From: Octopus sinensis
Lineage: Eukaryota
Length of the DNA: 64,000 bases
Assembly (NCBI RefSeq): GCF_006345805.1
Contig: NC_043001.1
Span: 6,014,001-6,078,000, forward strand
Reading direction: 5' to 3'
The translations under genes were made by a program, and so were the position numbers. Each line of letters begins with the position of its first letter. Position 1 is the first letter of the stretch. Positions 1-13,334 of the stretch are shown one piece after another. The notes below the pieces were generated by a model that was not told where the DNA came from, ran no database searches, and saw only the letters and a program-made list of their open reading frames with translations.

Positions 1-497
1 TGGCAGGGAATACGGAATTAACGGCAGGACTTGTATCAATATCATGAAACCGTGTAGATGACAATCTCTCGACTTTTAATTTGATTATGACTTCTGTTCG
101 ACAAATAGTTGTTCATAAATTTAGATGTAGAATTGCACGCCCATGAAGAAATTATTGAATTTAATACGTAATACACCTTTGAAAGTTTTTTTGAGAAAAC
201 CGAAAATTTCGTTGTCATTTAATATATTTAATGAGTAGATGGTAGTTACGTGAATTTTATTATGTTCATTACATACCTAAATACAAAAGAACTTGTCACT
301 TCTACACCTCTGACTAAATAACGGGATTTGAAGCATATTCTGCTGAATGCAATTTTGTTTACATGAATTAGTTGTTTTGAAACTATTTATTATTTCATAT
401 CTAATGGTGTTTTCTCACGCTTGCGAAACTACGTTTGACCTGAAATTCACTCTTCCTGCGTTTATTGTTTAGTCTTCCAATAAAATACATTAATATA

Positions 498-915
498 GGC
501 GCAGGAGTGGCTGTGTGGTAAGTAGCTTGTTTACCAACCACATGGTTCCGGGTTCAGTCCCACTGCATGACATCTTGCGCAAGTCTCTTCTACTATAGCC
601 CCGGGCCGACCAATGCCTTGTGAGTGGATTTGGTAGATGGAAACTGAAAGAAGCCTGTCGTATATATGTATATATATATATGCATGTATGTGTGTGTGTA
701 TGTTTGTGTGTCTGTGTTTGTCCCCCTAGCATTGCTTGACAACTGATGCTGGTGTGTTTACGTCCTCGTCACTTAGCGGTTCGGCAAAAGAGACTGATAG
801 AATAAGTACTGGGCTTACAAAGAATAAGTCCCGGGGTCGATTTGCTCGACTAAAGGCGATGCCCCAGCATGGCCGCAGTCAAATGACTGAAACAAGTAAA
901 AGAGTGTAAAAGAGA
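498..915 (+). mobile_element. tRNA-derived SINE, family S1 (young copy)
   Basis: Head GGCGCAGGAGTGGCTGTGTGGTAAG...GGTTCAGTCCC (Pol III A/B-box-like), internal (TA)n(TG)n, tail GACTGAAACAAGTAAAAGAG; nearly identical to the copy at 55210. Confidence 0.9.
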
Positions 916-1440
916 GTATATTATTACGTCACTGAAGATGTTATAGTCAATATCCGTCAATCGTAAACGTTAGTTCTAAGCAGATAGGTCCGGAGAAGAT
1001 TCTGGAACAATAAGACATTCCCAGTTATTTTAAATATCCAAGCCAATATTTCAGTCACATAAAATTATTGTTTTTCTTTGTAAATACCATAGATAGTTGA
1101 TTATCCGCAAAAGAAATGCACAGTGCCGGCTTCAACATTTTGATGTCTGACAGAATACCTCTTATAATTTGTTCCGGTCATCTATGTTCAAATTCCTAAG
1201 CCAGTCGCCCTTTTTCATTCTGGAATCGATAAATCAATTTGTCTGTAAAATTTGTTGATCAGTGCAAAATGCGCTTATTTGAAATATCATATGGGGGAAC
1301 AACTTGTACAACCAAAGTATCAGCTTGGCGTACATGAATGTCACGTTGATATTACTGACAATGCAACCCACAAATATCTCATGGACCGCACATATGTGCA
1401 CACACTGTCAAGTTTTCTTTGTCTCTTTCTTACTTTATAG

Positions 1441-1512
1441 GTGGACACCATCAAAAGACAAGTTGAAAGGGCCATCATGATAGTCACAAGAAAAGCAGAA
1501 TCAGCAAATTGA
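1441..1512 (+). CDS. Possible terminal coding exon (VDTIKRQVERAIMIVTRKAESAN*), product unknown
   Basis: Pyrimidine tract TTTCTTTGTCTCTTTCTTACTTTATAG acceptor, 23 open codons, AATAAA about 75 nt downstream; no homology recognised. Confidence 0.2.
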   Translation: MDTIKRQVERAIMIVTRKAESAN

Positions 1513-2438
1513 CCTCGGTTTTCTATGTCTAACTGAATGTTGGGTATTTTAATCTAAACTTAAAACATAGAAGTCTTTTTTTTTTTAAAATAAAACTTTC
1601 CTCGGTGTGAATGTCGCTTTCTATAGTAGGTTTCATCAGTTTTAAAATCGTATGTATTAATAGATAAACGTGATTCTAAGCTGTTTTCGAATTTCACATG
1701 TGTTTGTTCGACGTATTCAAGGCATATCATACAAGATAAATAACCTTTACCTGTATTGAAAAAGAATTTTGTAAATTTTGTAAATAGTATCGTTAAATAT
1801 ATATTATGTATTAATTAATGGCTCGAATGCCGGGGAACTATATACATATATATATATATTTGTTTCGCGTATATAATATTAATTTCTGAAAAACAAAGTG
1901 GTTTTCTTTAAATAATTCTTATATTCGACTTTTAAGATCATTCGCCAAATAAAATAAAGCTTCCTCACTTTCTTGTATCCCCGAGGTAACCGACCATTAT
2001 AAAATGTTCATGGGAATATATGGTGATTCAAATACGAATTACGCATAGATCAGAACTCTTACTGAAGAGGAAGGTGACCCTCATAAGCAAATATCTCCTA
2101 AATATCTCCTAAAAGTACTACAAAAACTGATACATCAAACAACTTTCACCGAGATTCTGTGGTGGCTTTTGTTCACAGAATATTACTTTAAATACGTTTG
2201 TGCCAAATAGATTGATAATGAATTTTAGAGATATATAATCAATATCAAATAATTAAAAATAAATTTAAAATTAGAATCAATGAAAATTTTTAATTATTAT
2301 GTATGGAATAATGAATAATGTGTTTTGGGATTTCAATTGATGATGGAATCTATAACTGCTATTTTGATGTTGCTATGGACGCATACAAAGATGCGTAAGA
2401 TAGCATTTCTTTAATGCTACAAATACGAATATATACAC

Positions 2439-2834
2439 TTTACTCTTTTACTCTTTTACTTGTTCGAGTCATATGCCTGTGGTCATGCTGGAGCACCGCA
2501 TTTAGTCGAGCAATCGAACACAGGAATTATTCTTCGGAAGCCTAATACTTATTCTATCGGGCTTTTTTGCCGAACCGCCAAAATACGGGGACGTAAAAAA
2601 ACCGGCATCGGTTGTCAATCGATGTTGGGGGACAAACACAGACACACACACAGACATGTATATATACATATATACGACGGGATTCATTCAATTTCCGTCT
2701 ACCAATCCACTCACAAGGCTTTGGTCGCCCCGAGGCAATAGTAGAAGACACTTGCGGAAGGTGCCTCTCAGTGAGTCTCAACCCGGAACGATGTGGTTGG
2801 TAAGGAAGCTACTTACCACACATTCACTCCTACC
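2439..2834 (-). mobile_element. SINE family S1
   Basis: Reverse complement of the 498-915 element, with internal CA/TA tract. Confidence 0.88.
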
Positions 2835-2870
<36 letters not shown>

Positions 2871-3744
2871 ATATATAAAAGAAGTATTTTATTTAGCTCG
2901 AAAGAAAAAGAAAATATTTAAAATGCAAATTCTTTGGAAAACATCAACATTTAGAGGTTTCTAATCTAAACTAGATTTAGTCAATGGAAGTTGGATGGGA
3001 AGATTTAAACTTTTAGATTAAATCGGAGCGACACGAACGCCATCACGCCATCACTGTTGCAGCACATAAGATGCGGTTTCAGATGCACACGTTTTTCATT
3101 TCACCGGGTGGAAGTCTTCTACACGATGTGTTTGAATCATTTCAGCAACAGCGTTCATTATAGTCCGATATATATTTCGTTTTTCCTTAATAGAAGTTTA
3201 TGAAGTGACTTTATCTCAGACAATTCCGCAGCATCGTGCCCTTTAACGGTTCGTATACATTCAGGCAAAAACACAGATGGTGGTTTTAAATTAATGTTGC
3301 TTTAATTTCTTCCATCGTAGATTAAATAATTTCTAACGTTAATTTCACACTCGAACAAATATTTCATTATGTAGAGACCAATATTCTACTTATGTTCAAC
3401 AATCGAAAAGGAGACACAAAGAGTGGGAAGAAGAACGCGGGTGCGATGTGAGCGAAAAATCGAACAAAATAATCGAAATATGCGTAATTAGTTTTCGACA
3501 CGAATACATTTGGGAAAATGAAATAGTATCAATCTATTATTAGTCGCGTCTAAATTAACAACAAATTGTTTATATTTTAAAAATTACTTTGGCGCACTTA
3601 TAATAAGATTAATGCTTGCTTTGTCTTTTTTTATATCAAATTTGTTGATTCAAGAAATATAGGTCTTTGAAAATTTAATCATTCATTAGAATTGCTGTGT
3701 CACTGAAATGTATAGGCTAGGCGTGTGTATATGCGTAGGTATAT

Positions 3745-3790
<46 letters not shown>

Positions 3791-3836
3791 TATATATATT
3801 ATATATATATATATATATATACATATATATATGTCA

Positions 3837-4047
3837 TTCAAAATGTGACCGCGTGTGTACCGTTGGCGATTTTTTCCCTCTCTCTTCCCTTCTCTGGTTC
3901 TTTCCTTCTAAGTTTCCGACGAAAAGCTCCGCTCGAAACGTTAAAACCCCCATCTTTCCTTTTTTCCTGAGCGTCCAATAATACTATATTTGTTCCACGT
4001 CCTCGCGATGTTGTGTTTTTTGTGCTTTCTTGTTTGGATTAACTAAC
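3837..4047 (+). mobile_element. Family B short HHR-bearing element in (TA)n
   Basis: Homologous to 14397-14608 and 44925-45135; HHR-like motif at 3912-3947 GTTT-CCGACGA-AAAGCTCCGCTC-GAAA-CG-TT-AAAAC (core U4 to C); (TA)n on both sides. Confidence 0.7.
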
Positions 4048-5019
4048 TATATATATATATATATAATATATATATATATATATAATATATATATATATAT
4101 AATATATGTATATAGCATTCACTATCGTACCCCTCATCTTAGTTTAACGACCCTCCGTGTTTCTTTTCCTTCTGTTTCCCTGTATGTCTCCACTCTCGGG
4201 GGGTTTTCCCAATTTAGACTCTCTAAAAAATCCCAAATTTATTTGGGAAGTTAGGGAAGCAACTGTCTTTCAAGACAGATTCTGTCGGTGAATGTTCGAA
4301 ATGGGGATTAGACAGACAGCCGACCACTGATGAATGGCCGTTCTTTGTGTTACTTGTTCTGTTTTACTCTCGTTGTTTGCGTATTTCACTCATTTGTTTT
4401 CGAATTTCATGTTCTTTACTACATATATATATATATATATATATAAACTTAAAATAATAAGAAAATCATTCTTGATTAGGAATACAAACAACAAGAATAA
4501 CAACGGGTGTTTTTCGACTAAAGGGACAAGTTAAGTTAAGCTGACGTGTAAAGTCAAACATGAAATTCCGGAGGCAAGAAAATAAGGTGTAGTGTAAAAT
4601 GCGGTCAAGCCAACAAAATAAAGATCAAGCTTGGCCGAGCACCGGTCACGTGGGAGGAACAGAGAGAGGTAGAGAGTAGAATGATCGAAACATTTGGGAA
4701 GGAACTAGTGAAAGAGAGAGAGAGAGGGAGATAACAGAGAAAAGTAGAAAGAGTAAGGAAAGGGAATGCCAAGAAATGTGAGAGAGGGGGAGCGATGTAT
4801 GTATGTTATCCACAAATGTAGTACAAACCTTAGTTTAACTTGCATATTAGATCCTGTTTCAGCATGGGGGTATGTGTATCAATCTACCTGGATAGTTCTT
4901 GCATCACATGGTAGAACAGATTAATGTCAGCTTTCATCGGAATGTGCGTATGTGTGTGTGTGTGACTGGAGATTAAGTGATACAAGTGCGTATGTTTATG
5001 CAACGGTGTATGGGTGTAT

Positions 5020-5198
5020 GTACATGACAACCGATGCTGGTGTGTTTATGTCCCCGTAACTTAGCAGTTCGGCAAAAAGAACCAACAGAATAAGTACTAG
5101 GCTTACAAAGAATAAGTCCTGGGGTCGATTTGCTCGGGTAAAGGTGGTGCTCCAGCATGGCCGCATTTAAATAACTGAAGCAAGTGAAAGAGTAAAAG
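5020..5198 (+). mobile_element. SINE S1, 3' half
   Basis: ACAACCGATGCTGGTGTGTTTATGTCCCCGTAACTTAGC through GCTCCAGCATGGCCGC matches the S1 3' region. Confidence 0.8.
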
Positions 5199-6439
5199 GG
5201 TATTTAAGTGATTAGTTATCTGAATATTTGACTGACTGGTCAACTATTCAATCTACTACGGTCATCATATTAGTTTTAGGGTCAATCATGATTTCAGCAG
5301 AGGCTTGCCATCTCTAATGTTTACCTTAGCAGCAATTCTCCACACACTCTTCCCCGCAACATATTCACTAAAATCTGAAATCGCTAAACATACTGTAGAT
5401 ACATATTCAAAGTTTTCGGATCCTAAGTTGCAAAATTCTGAGTCTCAGAGTTAAGAAGGAACAAAGATGCAGAAACTTTTCAACAACGTGAAAAATGGTA
5501 GGAACTGTTTCATGTTATCTTAAATATATTTTGGGACGAAGAAATTACATCAAATGTATTTTAAATATGGAAACACAGTTGTGAATGAAATTTTAGTGCA
5601 CCGTGGCATTATACATCAATACAAATATTGAATTGCGTTGATTGATTACATTAATATATATTCAAAAGCATATAATTACCAGCAGCTCTGAACGATTCAA
5701 AATTCTAAAAATTACGCTAGGCTTCTATCTATGAATATTCGGATTTATCTTGTGAATCACCTAGCTTACTGACCTTGATAGATTATCAATTTACCCTCTG
5801 TATCATAAAGCGTTGTGGAGAGACAGTAAATACAGAAGCAGTATTATAAAAGTGATTGTTGCATATTTTTGAAAGATATCTCCTCTTTTTATGACTACAT
5901 TCTTAATATAAAATCATAAAGCAAATATTCACGTGTTATACTGTAATGCAGCTTAAAGAATTTTATATGGAATGCCTGAAGAACGGCACTAACATAATAC
6001 ATCTTCAGGACCTAGCAATTATATATTAATTACAGGCGGTAGATTCAGCTGGCAATGAAGACCTCATAGATTAAGTTGACTACATAATTCCACGTCAATA
6101 CATCATTGCAATTTGAAAGAAATTTATTGAAAGCAATTGCAGAATCATTGTCTCAATGATTATACAATTTCTCATCTGTCAAATTCTAATAATCCACCCG
6201 ACAATTAAATCTTCGAAGCAAAATTAAAATGTCCAAGGAAATAAATTGTTTTCTTCAGTAATAATACATGTTAATTATGGTTATTCATATAAACGATTTT
6301 AATAATATAGAGAACGCACGCTAAAACTGTCAAATATGTGAACATTTACGCACGCCCTCACAAACTATGATACATGCGTACAAGTACATAAAATATCCAC
6401 GTATGCGTATGTGTACGTGTACCTGTATCAATACATACA

Positions 6440-6506
6440 TATGTATATATATATATATGTATGTATTCATGTGTGTGTAAATATATATATATATATATAT
6501 ATATAT

Positions 6507-6541
<35 letters not shown>

Positions 6542-6570
6542 TATATACATACATATATATATACATATAT

Positions 6571-6604
<34 letters not shown>

Positions 6605-6634
6605 CATACATATATATATAACATGTGTGTGTAA

Positions 6635-6710
<76 letters not shown>
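6440..6710. repeat. Compound (TA)n/(TG)n microsatellite
   Basis: Directly visible; source of the YIYI-type ORFs. Confidence 0.95.
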
Positions 6711-6713
<3 letters not shown>

Positions 6714-7189
6714 TATACATAAAAACGTGTCGGCGTGTTTGTGTCTACGTATTGCCATACAATGTGTTGAAGGCCTGAATGCTTTATATAATGTAACCTA
6801 TTATATGTATGTAATTAATTAATACAATGAAATAAAGTAGCCAGTAAATCTTAAAATGTTAATAAAGACAAAATGGAGTTATTACGATTCTATATAGCAA
6901 TAGTTACCTTGCCGTTTTCAATTAACTAATTGATAATCATACCGTTATTATGATAAATCATTTACATATGATTAAGTTGATCTCCAGAAAACCCCGCTAC
7001 CGATTTGGCTACCATTACACTAACATCACGATTTGTTAACATGGTTTTCTTTTAAAGGAACCAGAAGTATCATAAATGGTGAATGATATTTTGCAGCGTG
7101 GTTTGGTCTGCTAGTCCTTCAAGAAACCAACATTTATTTTGTAAATTTTGTTTTCAAATTTTGACTCAAGAGAAGGAATTTCCGGAGAG

Positions 7190-7554
7190 GGAATAAATCG
7201 ATTACACGGAACGCAGTACTCCTCAACTGGTACATATTCTGCTGATTCTGCAAGGGTAAAATGTACAGCCAACATTGGTAGAATTTGAATTCAGAACACA
7301 AAGCAAGACGAAATGTCTATTTGTATTTCATTACTACCCACAAGGGACTAAACACAGAGGGCACAAACATGGACAGACACACGGATTAAGTCGATTACAT
7401 CGATCCCAGTGCATAACTGGTACTTAATTTATCGACCCTAAAAAGATGAAATGCACAGTCGACCTCGGCGGAATTTGAACTCAGAACGCAGCGGCTGACG
7501 AAATGCCAAAAAGCATTTCGCCCGGCGTGCTAACGTTTCTGCCAGCTCACCACC
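7190..7554 (-). mobile_element. tRNA-derived SINE family S3 (head plus tandem body)
   Basis: Reverse complement of the 34916-35420 family (GAGTTCAAATTCCGCCGAGGTCGAC...); a second degenerate body unit at 7190-7310. Confidence 0.8.
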
Positions 7555-7751
7555 AAATGCTACATATTCTGACACTTAGACGCTTTTGAAAATGTAACTC
7601 TTGCTTTCAAATTTTGGCACAAGAACAGCAATATTGGATGAGGCGTTAATTTTATTACGTCAACCCCCACTGCTTAACTGAGACGTATTCAATCGACATT
7701 ATTTAGATTATTTATATTTGACGGATATTTCTCCTTATCTTGTTTGAGGTT

Positions 7752-7796
7752 AACACACCGTTTCGGCTGATATACCTTTCAGCCTTCGTCAGGTGG
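7752..7796 (-). ncRNA. Degenerate minimal type-I hammerhead ribozyme (family J)
   Basis: Minus strand CCAC-CTGACGA-A-GGCTGA(AAGGTATA)TCAGCC-GAAA-CGG-T-GTG; 6-bp stem II intact, U16.1 appears mutated to G. Confidence 0.6.
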
Positions 7797-8748
7797 CTTG
7801 GGGAAATTTCGAACCTCGGTTCTCATTCCTAATGTATTTTTCTATCGATTCTAAAATTATGTAACGCGAAGTTGATATCCGCATGAAAAAGAACGCAGTA
7901 TTCGAATAAAATGATTCTCAAAATCTTTAATCTTGAGTTAATCTCCCTTTAGTTTGGGGTGCAAAACTCCAACAAAATCTTGCGCTTGATTTCGCTATCT
8001 CTGAGGCTAATATGCTAATTTGTTTTTTAAAGTACAGCGTACCTTCGGTAAAATCTGGCACCATACATGAACGCGCGTGCGTACACAGAAAGATGTGCCT
8101 CTATGTATGTTTCATCAGGTACAAGACAATTTTCAAGGTTTATCCTACAGTTTATTATATAATTTCCTCATATTCTTATCAGCATTTGCACTCTTAAGCG
8201 GTTAAGATAACATTCCTAGGTTCACATTCCATCCAACCAGACCCGGTATTCTTACATTAAAAATTGAATAGATTAGGTGTCTTCGAAAATCTAATTGTTC
8301 TATTTGAATAAAGGTAGACTTCCCTGCCAAATTTATTTGCACCGTTCAGCTTCATATATATGCAGCCACGTGTTGAGTTGATAATAGTCAATCTCTTCCG
8401 TTTCTGAGTGCATATGCTGTTCAATAATTCCGCAGTAAATGTCTCTTCTTTTTCGGTTATATCGAGTAACTTTATGAATATATTTTATGTATATGGGGAA
8501 CAGCTTCTCTGTAATACAAATTTTCCGATAAATACAAGATTGTCTTCCTCTTTTACCTTTTCCATTCTTTCATTTCATATCTTTTACGTTTTGTTACTTT
8601 TAGTAGTTGCAACTGTTAGTTCAAAATAATAAAGTAACTAAATTAATATTCGACATTTCAGACAAAACATATTTTAAAGCTCAAGAATTGAATATATTTG
8701 ACGTCCGTTGTTTCAAATGCTTATAATTGTGAGTATGGGTAAGTGTTT

Positions 8749-8796
<48 letters not shown>

Positions 8797-10116
8797 ATTT
8801 GGGATATATAGCACTTAACATAATTTTAACTAAATTATTATAATATTTCACCAAACTATTTACCGTAATGTAACCTATAAAATATTCTGTTAAAACGATA
8901 TGAAAGAAAGAGCCTCGTATGTTAAAAATCAGCTCAAAGATGAGAAAATAATATTCATTTGAAATATTTTATAACTGGAATATTTATTATAACATAAAAA
9001 CTTCACTCATAGATCATGATATATTTAATACCTCCGGCATATTAAGGTTCCTGCTTCAATATTTTATACCCAGTTGATTGCGTAACAATGCTATGAAATA
9101 TATGAATCATTAAAGCAATGAATGTCATAAAGTAAACACATATTTCTAATGCAGCTGTTTAGATATATTTTTTTATGGAAAGTTGTGTTGAGGTATATTT
9201 CTCAAAGACAACAAACTTTGATTAATTTCTTTCGAAAATTGTTTGATATTGTCTAGACACAACAGCTTAGATGTACAAATTTAATCTTAGCTGTAACTAT
9301 ATATAATATGACACAGATATTTACTGTAGATAATTGCAGGAATTACAATTTCGCATGAAGCCGCAAAATCAATATTAGAGATTAGTCTATGTGTCATACA
9401 ATTCGTATTAAACATTTGCATTTAAGCATAAACATATCAAATATCATTAGAGTTATTTGTCGGTGTTGTCTCACGATATTAGAAAAGATACGGTTAGTTT
9501 TAAATGTTTGAATTTTGTTAAACAGAATTGAAATTATAGTAATGTCGAAAGAGAACAAATTTTAGCGTAAATTAGCAATGCAAGCAATAATGATTTCCTT
9601 TTTATATTCTTTTAACACTTTTTAATGTAATAATCATTTATCTCATTTGAAAGAGAAATGCCTTTATCGGTAGTGTGTGTGTGTATTTCTCCTAGCCTAA
9701 TACTTTTCATAAGGGCATAGGTTTCTTATTAATTTTAAGAAATTATATTTTTAATTATGCAGCATAAAGATGCCTGTATACGTGTAAGAAAATGATTCAT
9801 TTAAACATAAAATTCCAAATATAAAATAACTGAATTTTTTTTCAAAAATGTTTCATTAATATCAGAAGTATTTGATCGATGATTACTTTTAAGAATATCG
9901 GGATATTGTGGAGAGTTGTGTGCTAATTAAATCATAATGTATTCAATTTCATTTGCATTTGATAATAGGTTATATTTATTTATTGTTCAGTTGCTAGTAG
10001 ATATGTGGTCCAAAAATGTTATTGGTTATGTTTACTAAATTTAGCGTCCGCATTCAGGGATTTAGTTTCCATTTAGCCAATATCATTTTAATTACTTCAT
10101 TCATCTCCTTTTATGA

Positions 10117-10201
<85 letters not shown>

Positions 10202-10211
10202 ATAATATAAT

Positions 10212-10593
10212 AATAATAAATATTAGGGAAAAAATCCAAATTTACAGGGAAAAAATCAGATTTAGGATTAATCCAATTTTATAGTAAAATTTTATATAAT
10301 ATTAATTCGAGACAAAACCACTATTTTGCAAAACAAACAAGGAAAGACTTAATCAATACATAAAAAATTTTAATATAAGGAAATAAACCGCCACTACAAT
10401 CGTTTCATGTCTTCAATGACATTCGTCAGGTGGATTTTCGATCTCCTAATCTGTTTTAATTCATAAATTAAAACAGATTAGGAGATCGAAAATCCACCTG
10501 ACGAATGTCATTGAAGACATGAAACGATTGTAGTGGCGGTTTATTTCCTTATATTAATTTTTTTATGTATTGATTAAGTCTTTCCTTGTTTGA
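10212..10593 (-). mobile_element. Family A HHR element with 5' fold-back (copy A1)
   Basis: Inverted repeat 10333-10460 / 10467-10593 with 6-nt loop TCATAA; longer arm on minus strand ends at 10212; homologous to 30623-31022; (TA)n flanks. Confidence 0.85.
10494..10536 (+). ncRNA. Minimal type-I hammerhead ribozyme (family A); mirror copy at 10391-10433 (-)
   Basis: CCAC-CTGACGA-ATGTC(ATTGAA)GACAT-GAAA-C(GATT)G-TA-GTGG: full core, 4-bp stem I, 5-bp stem II, GUA cleavage triplet. Confidence 0.85.
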
Positions 10594-10618
10594 ATTAATA
10601 TTATATATATATATATAG

Positions 10619-10657
<39 letters not shown>

Positions 10658-10890
10658 ATATATATATATGTTTTTGCCCGTTACTTCTTTTCTTCAGTCT
10701 CCCGGACATTATTGTGTCGTGCTTTCAGATTCCAAATTTAAACAGGTTTATGCCGTATTGCTTTTTGACAACTATTTACTAATTTTCTTCTAGTCTTTCT
10801 TCTATTGTTTTAGGGCTACACAGAATTTCGCAGAAATCTTTTGCTCATTTGAATGAACTGTTAGTAGATTGTAGGACGCAGGTACATAAT

Positions 10891-10937
<47 letters not shown>

Positions 10938-11096
10938 TAAACTTAAGTAATACTTTATAATTAGGGTTCAGCAAAGATTTGCTTTACCACATACCGAAGT
11001 TTAGAAATAGCAGCCAAAAAACCTTTGCTATTTCTTCTACTTTAAAAAGAATTGAACATACCTCTCCACCCAACGTTATCAGACAGATCAGTGGTA

Positions 11097-11275
11097 GTAC
11101 CTATTTCTTTATTACCCACAAGTGGCTAAACACAGAGGGGACAAACAAGGATAGACATAGGTATTCAGTCGATTACATCGACCCCAGTGCGAAAGGATGA
11201 AAGGCAAAGTCGACCTCGGCGGAATTTGAACTCTCAACGTAACGTAGATGAAATACCGCTAAGCTTTTCGCCCGG
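11097..11275 (-). mobile_element. SINE family S3
   Basis: GATTACATCGACCCCAGTGC...GGCAAAGTCGACCTCGGCGGAATTTGAACTC matches S3 in reverse. Confidence 0.85.
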
Positions 11276-11457
11276 TAGTACCGCCGAATTCAAAATACGA
11301 GTGGGGTTCATCACCTTCCCCTGCCCATCCGCGTGTGTCAGAAATTTCTCTCTGATAACAAACTGCAGATTTTTCTGTAGTATTTTACTTGACGACACAC
11401 GCGGATGGGCAGAGGGAGGTGATGGACGTCATTCATATTTTGAATTCGGCGATACTA
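11276..11457. mobile_element. MITE-like element, 64-bp imperfect TIRs, TA at both ends
   Basis: 11276-11339 vs 11394-11457 complementary with about 9 mismatches; 54-nt spacer; lies where the S3 head would continue. Confidence 0.7.
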
Positions 11458-11566
11458 ACTCTGAATATGATCTGTCTGATACCGTTAGGTGGTGAGATAT
11501 GTTCAATTCTTCCAGTGCCTTCGAATTTAATATTTTTAATATTTTCAATATTTAATATTGTTGGAG

Positions 11567-11652
11567 TCCCATGCTGATGAAGAAAATGTTTGGGTAGGGT
11601 ATAATTCTATATTCTTTATACCGATCTAATTCCGAAACGCGCGTACATGGGA
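11567..11652 (+). ncRNA. Minimal type-I hammerhead ribozyme (family C)
   Basis: TCCCATG-CTGATGA-(long stem II, AGAA...TTCC)-GAAA-C(GCGC)G-TA-CATGGGA: 7-bp perfect stem I, perfect palindrome ACGCGCGT in stem III. Confidence 0.88.
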
Positions 11653-11951
11653 GGCCAGATATAGATTGATTTTCGTTATTTTTCCTCTCTGCCTGCGTGG
11701 ATTGTTTTCAAGTATTTTGGTTTTTCTGGGAGTCTCTTTTTAAAGTAGAAGAAATAGCTAAAGGTTTTTGGCTGCCATTTCTAAACTTCGGTATGTGGTA
11801 AAGCAAATCTTTGCTGAACCCTAATTATAAAGTATTACTTAAGTTTACCGTGAAATGGTCCTTTGTCATACCGAATTCTACTTGGTGAAATTATTGATTA
11901 CTTCTTAATTGATTAATTTTACCCTTTGTTATTATATGTATATACATATAT

Positions 11952-12072
<121 letters not shown>

Positions 12073-12332
12073 GTGTATGTATATGTATATGTATATATGT
12101 GTGTATGTGTCTGTGTGTATCTAAGAAGGAATTTTTACAAGTATTTTGGTATTTATATATTCAATTTCTTCCTTCCTCTACCTGCGTATTGCATCAATAA
12201 TGCAGTTTGATATTCAAACCTTTTGATTCAATTGCTTTTGAGCATTCATCTTATCTACTTCTCAGAGATAACAGGGAATATCTGGTTGCTTTTTTTTTCT
12301 CTATGAATTTTATTTAAACAAAAATCTTTCAG

Positions 12333-12422
12333 TACGGAATAATAAGCCCGAAACTACGAACTCATATTGACAAATCTCTCGACGGGATGTCAATTCCGGT
12401 CGAGGCTATTATCGTTGCAAAG
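12333..12422 (+). CDS. Possible internal exon (YGIISPKLRTHIDKSLDGMSIPVEAIIVAK), product unknown
   Basis: TTTCAG acceptor, AAG/GTAAAT donor, 90 nt, only one frame open; no homology recognised. Confidence 0.3.
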
Positions 12423-12740
12423 GTAAATACGTGCATCTTGAAAGTCGTTCAGAGATATCCTAGCTCGAAATATGTACGATAAGTGAAAAGATACCTGAAC
12501 TGCTTTTAATTATAATATACACATAGGTAAACTGTATTATTGAAACTTTGTTACATGGTTTCTTTGTAGAGTAATGTATGTACCAGTCTCTATATGTGTG
12601 TACAGGGGAATTCTTTTAAGTATAACAGAGTACAGATACGATATGAAATAAATATAACGGTGAACGCTTTCATCCTTAAATGAAATAACGTTTCAAAACA
12701 TGTAACATATAAAGTATTTTACCTTTGCTATAAAATTCAG

Positions 12741-12854
12741 AAAATAAAGGCCCTGGATACTATTATCTCGGGAACAACGACTCAAAAGCATTTTTGCCAA
12801 GTGTCCATGGGGTATTAGTAACAGGTCGCAATATTTCATCTGAACTGGACACAA
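12741..12854 (+). CDS. Possible phase-1 exon (NKGPGYYYLGNNDSKAFLPSVHGVLVTGRNISSELDT)
   Basis: TTCAG acceptor and CAA/GTATGG donor, 114 nt open; phase not directly compatible with 12333-12422. Confidence 0.2.
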
Positions 12855-13191
12855 GTATGGTACAGGGTTTGGCATAATATATGAGTGTACAAGTGTACTC
12901 GAAACGAAATGGTCTTAGAAAGCAAACAACCGAACGCAATATTCGGAATCGGTTCTACTTACTTTCGATTCTATGTGCAGTCTACCCCCCCCCCCCAATC
13001 AAAAAAGAGAGATTCGTCTTTACAAATATCAACAGCGTAGCGTGATCTAGGGAACTGATCGATGAACATAATTTTGAGGTGGTAAAAGTTTCATTTAAAT
13101 TATCACATTTACAAGAATGATAATAAAAGGAGTACTTGTAGATCCAGATGAAATTTCACTGTTCAGGTATATGTGTATGTGTGTGTGTGCG

Positions 13192-13229
<38 letters not shown>

Positions 13230-13334
13230 CATATATACATATATTTATATATATATATATAATATATATATATATATATACATAGATTTATAGATTTATA
13301 TATATATACATATATATATTTAAAGGGATAAAAA

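Larger units (their letters stand above)
10933..11930 (+). mobile_element. Family C HHR element with 5' inverted arm, interrupted by an S3 SINE and a MITE
   Basis: 10933-11050 is the reverse complement of 11735-11852 (3-4 differences in 118 nt); HHR at 11567-11652; (TA)n on both sides. Confidence 0.7.

Noticed and set aside
1101-1200. Peptide GFNILMSDRIPL resembling a GalNAc-transferase motif
   Set aside because: No splice signals, no continuation of the motif, and it overlaps a degenerate S3 SINE remnant; probably chance
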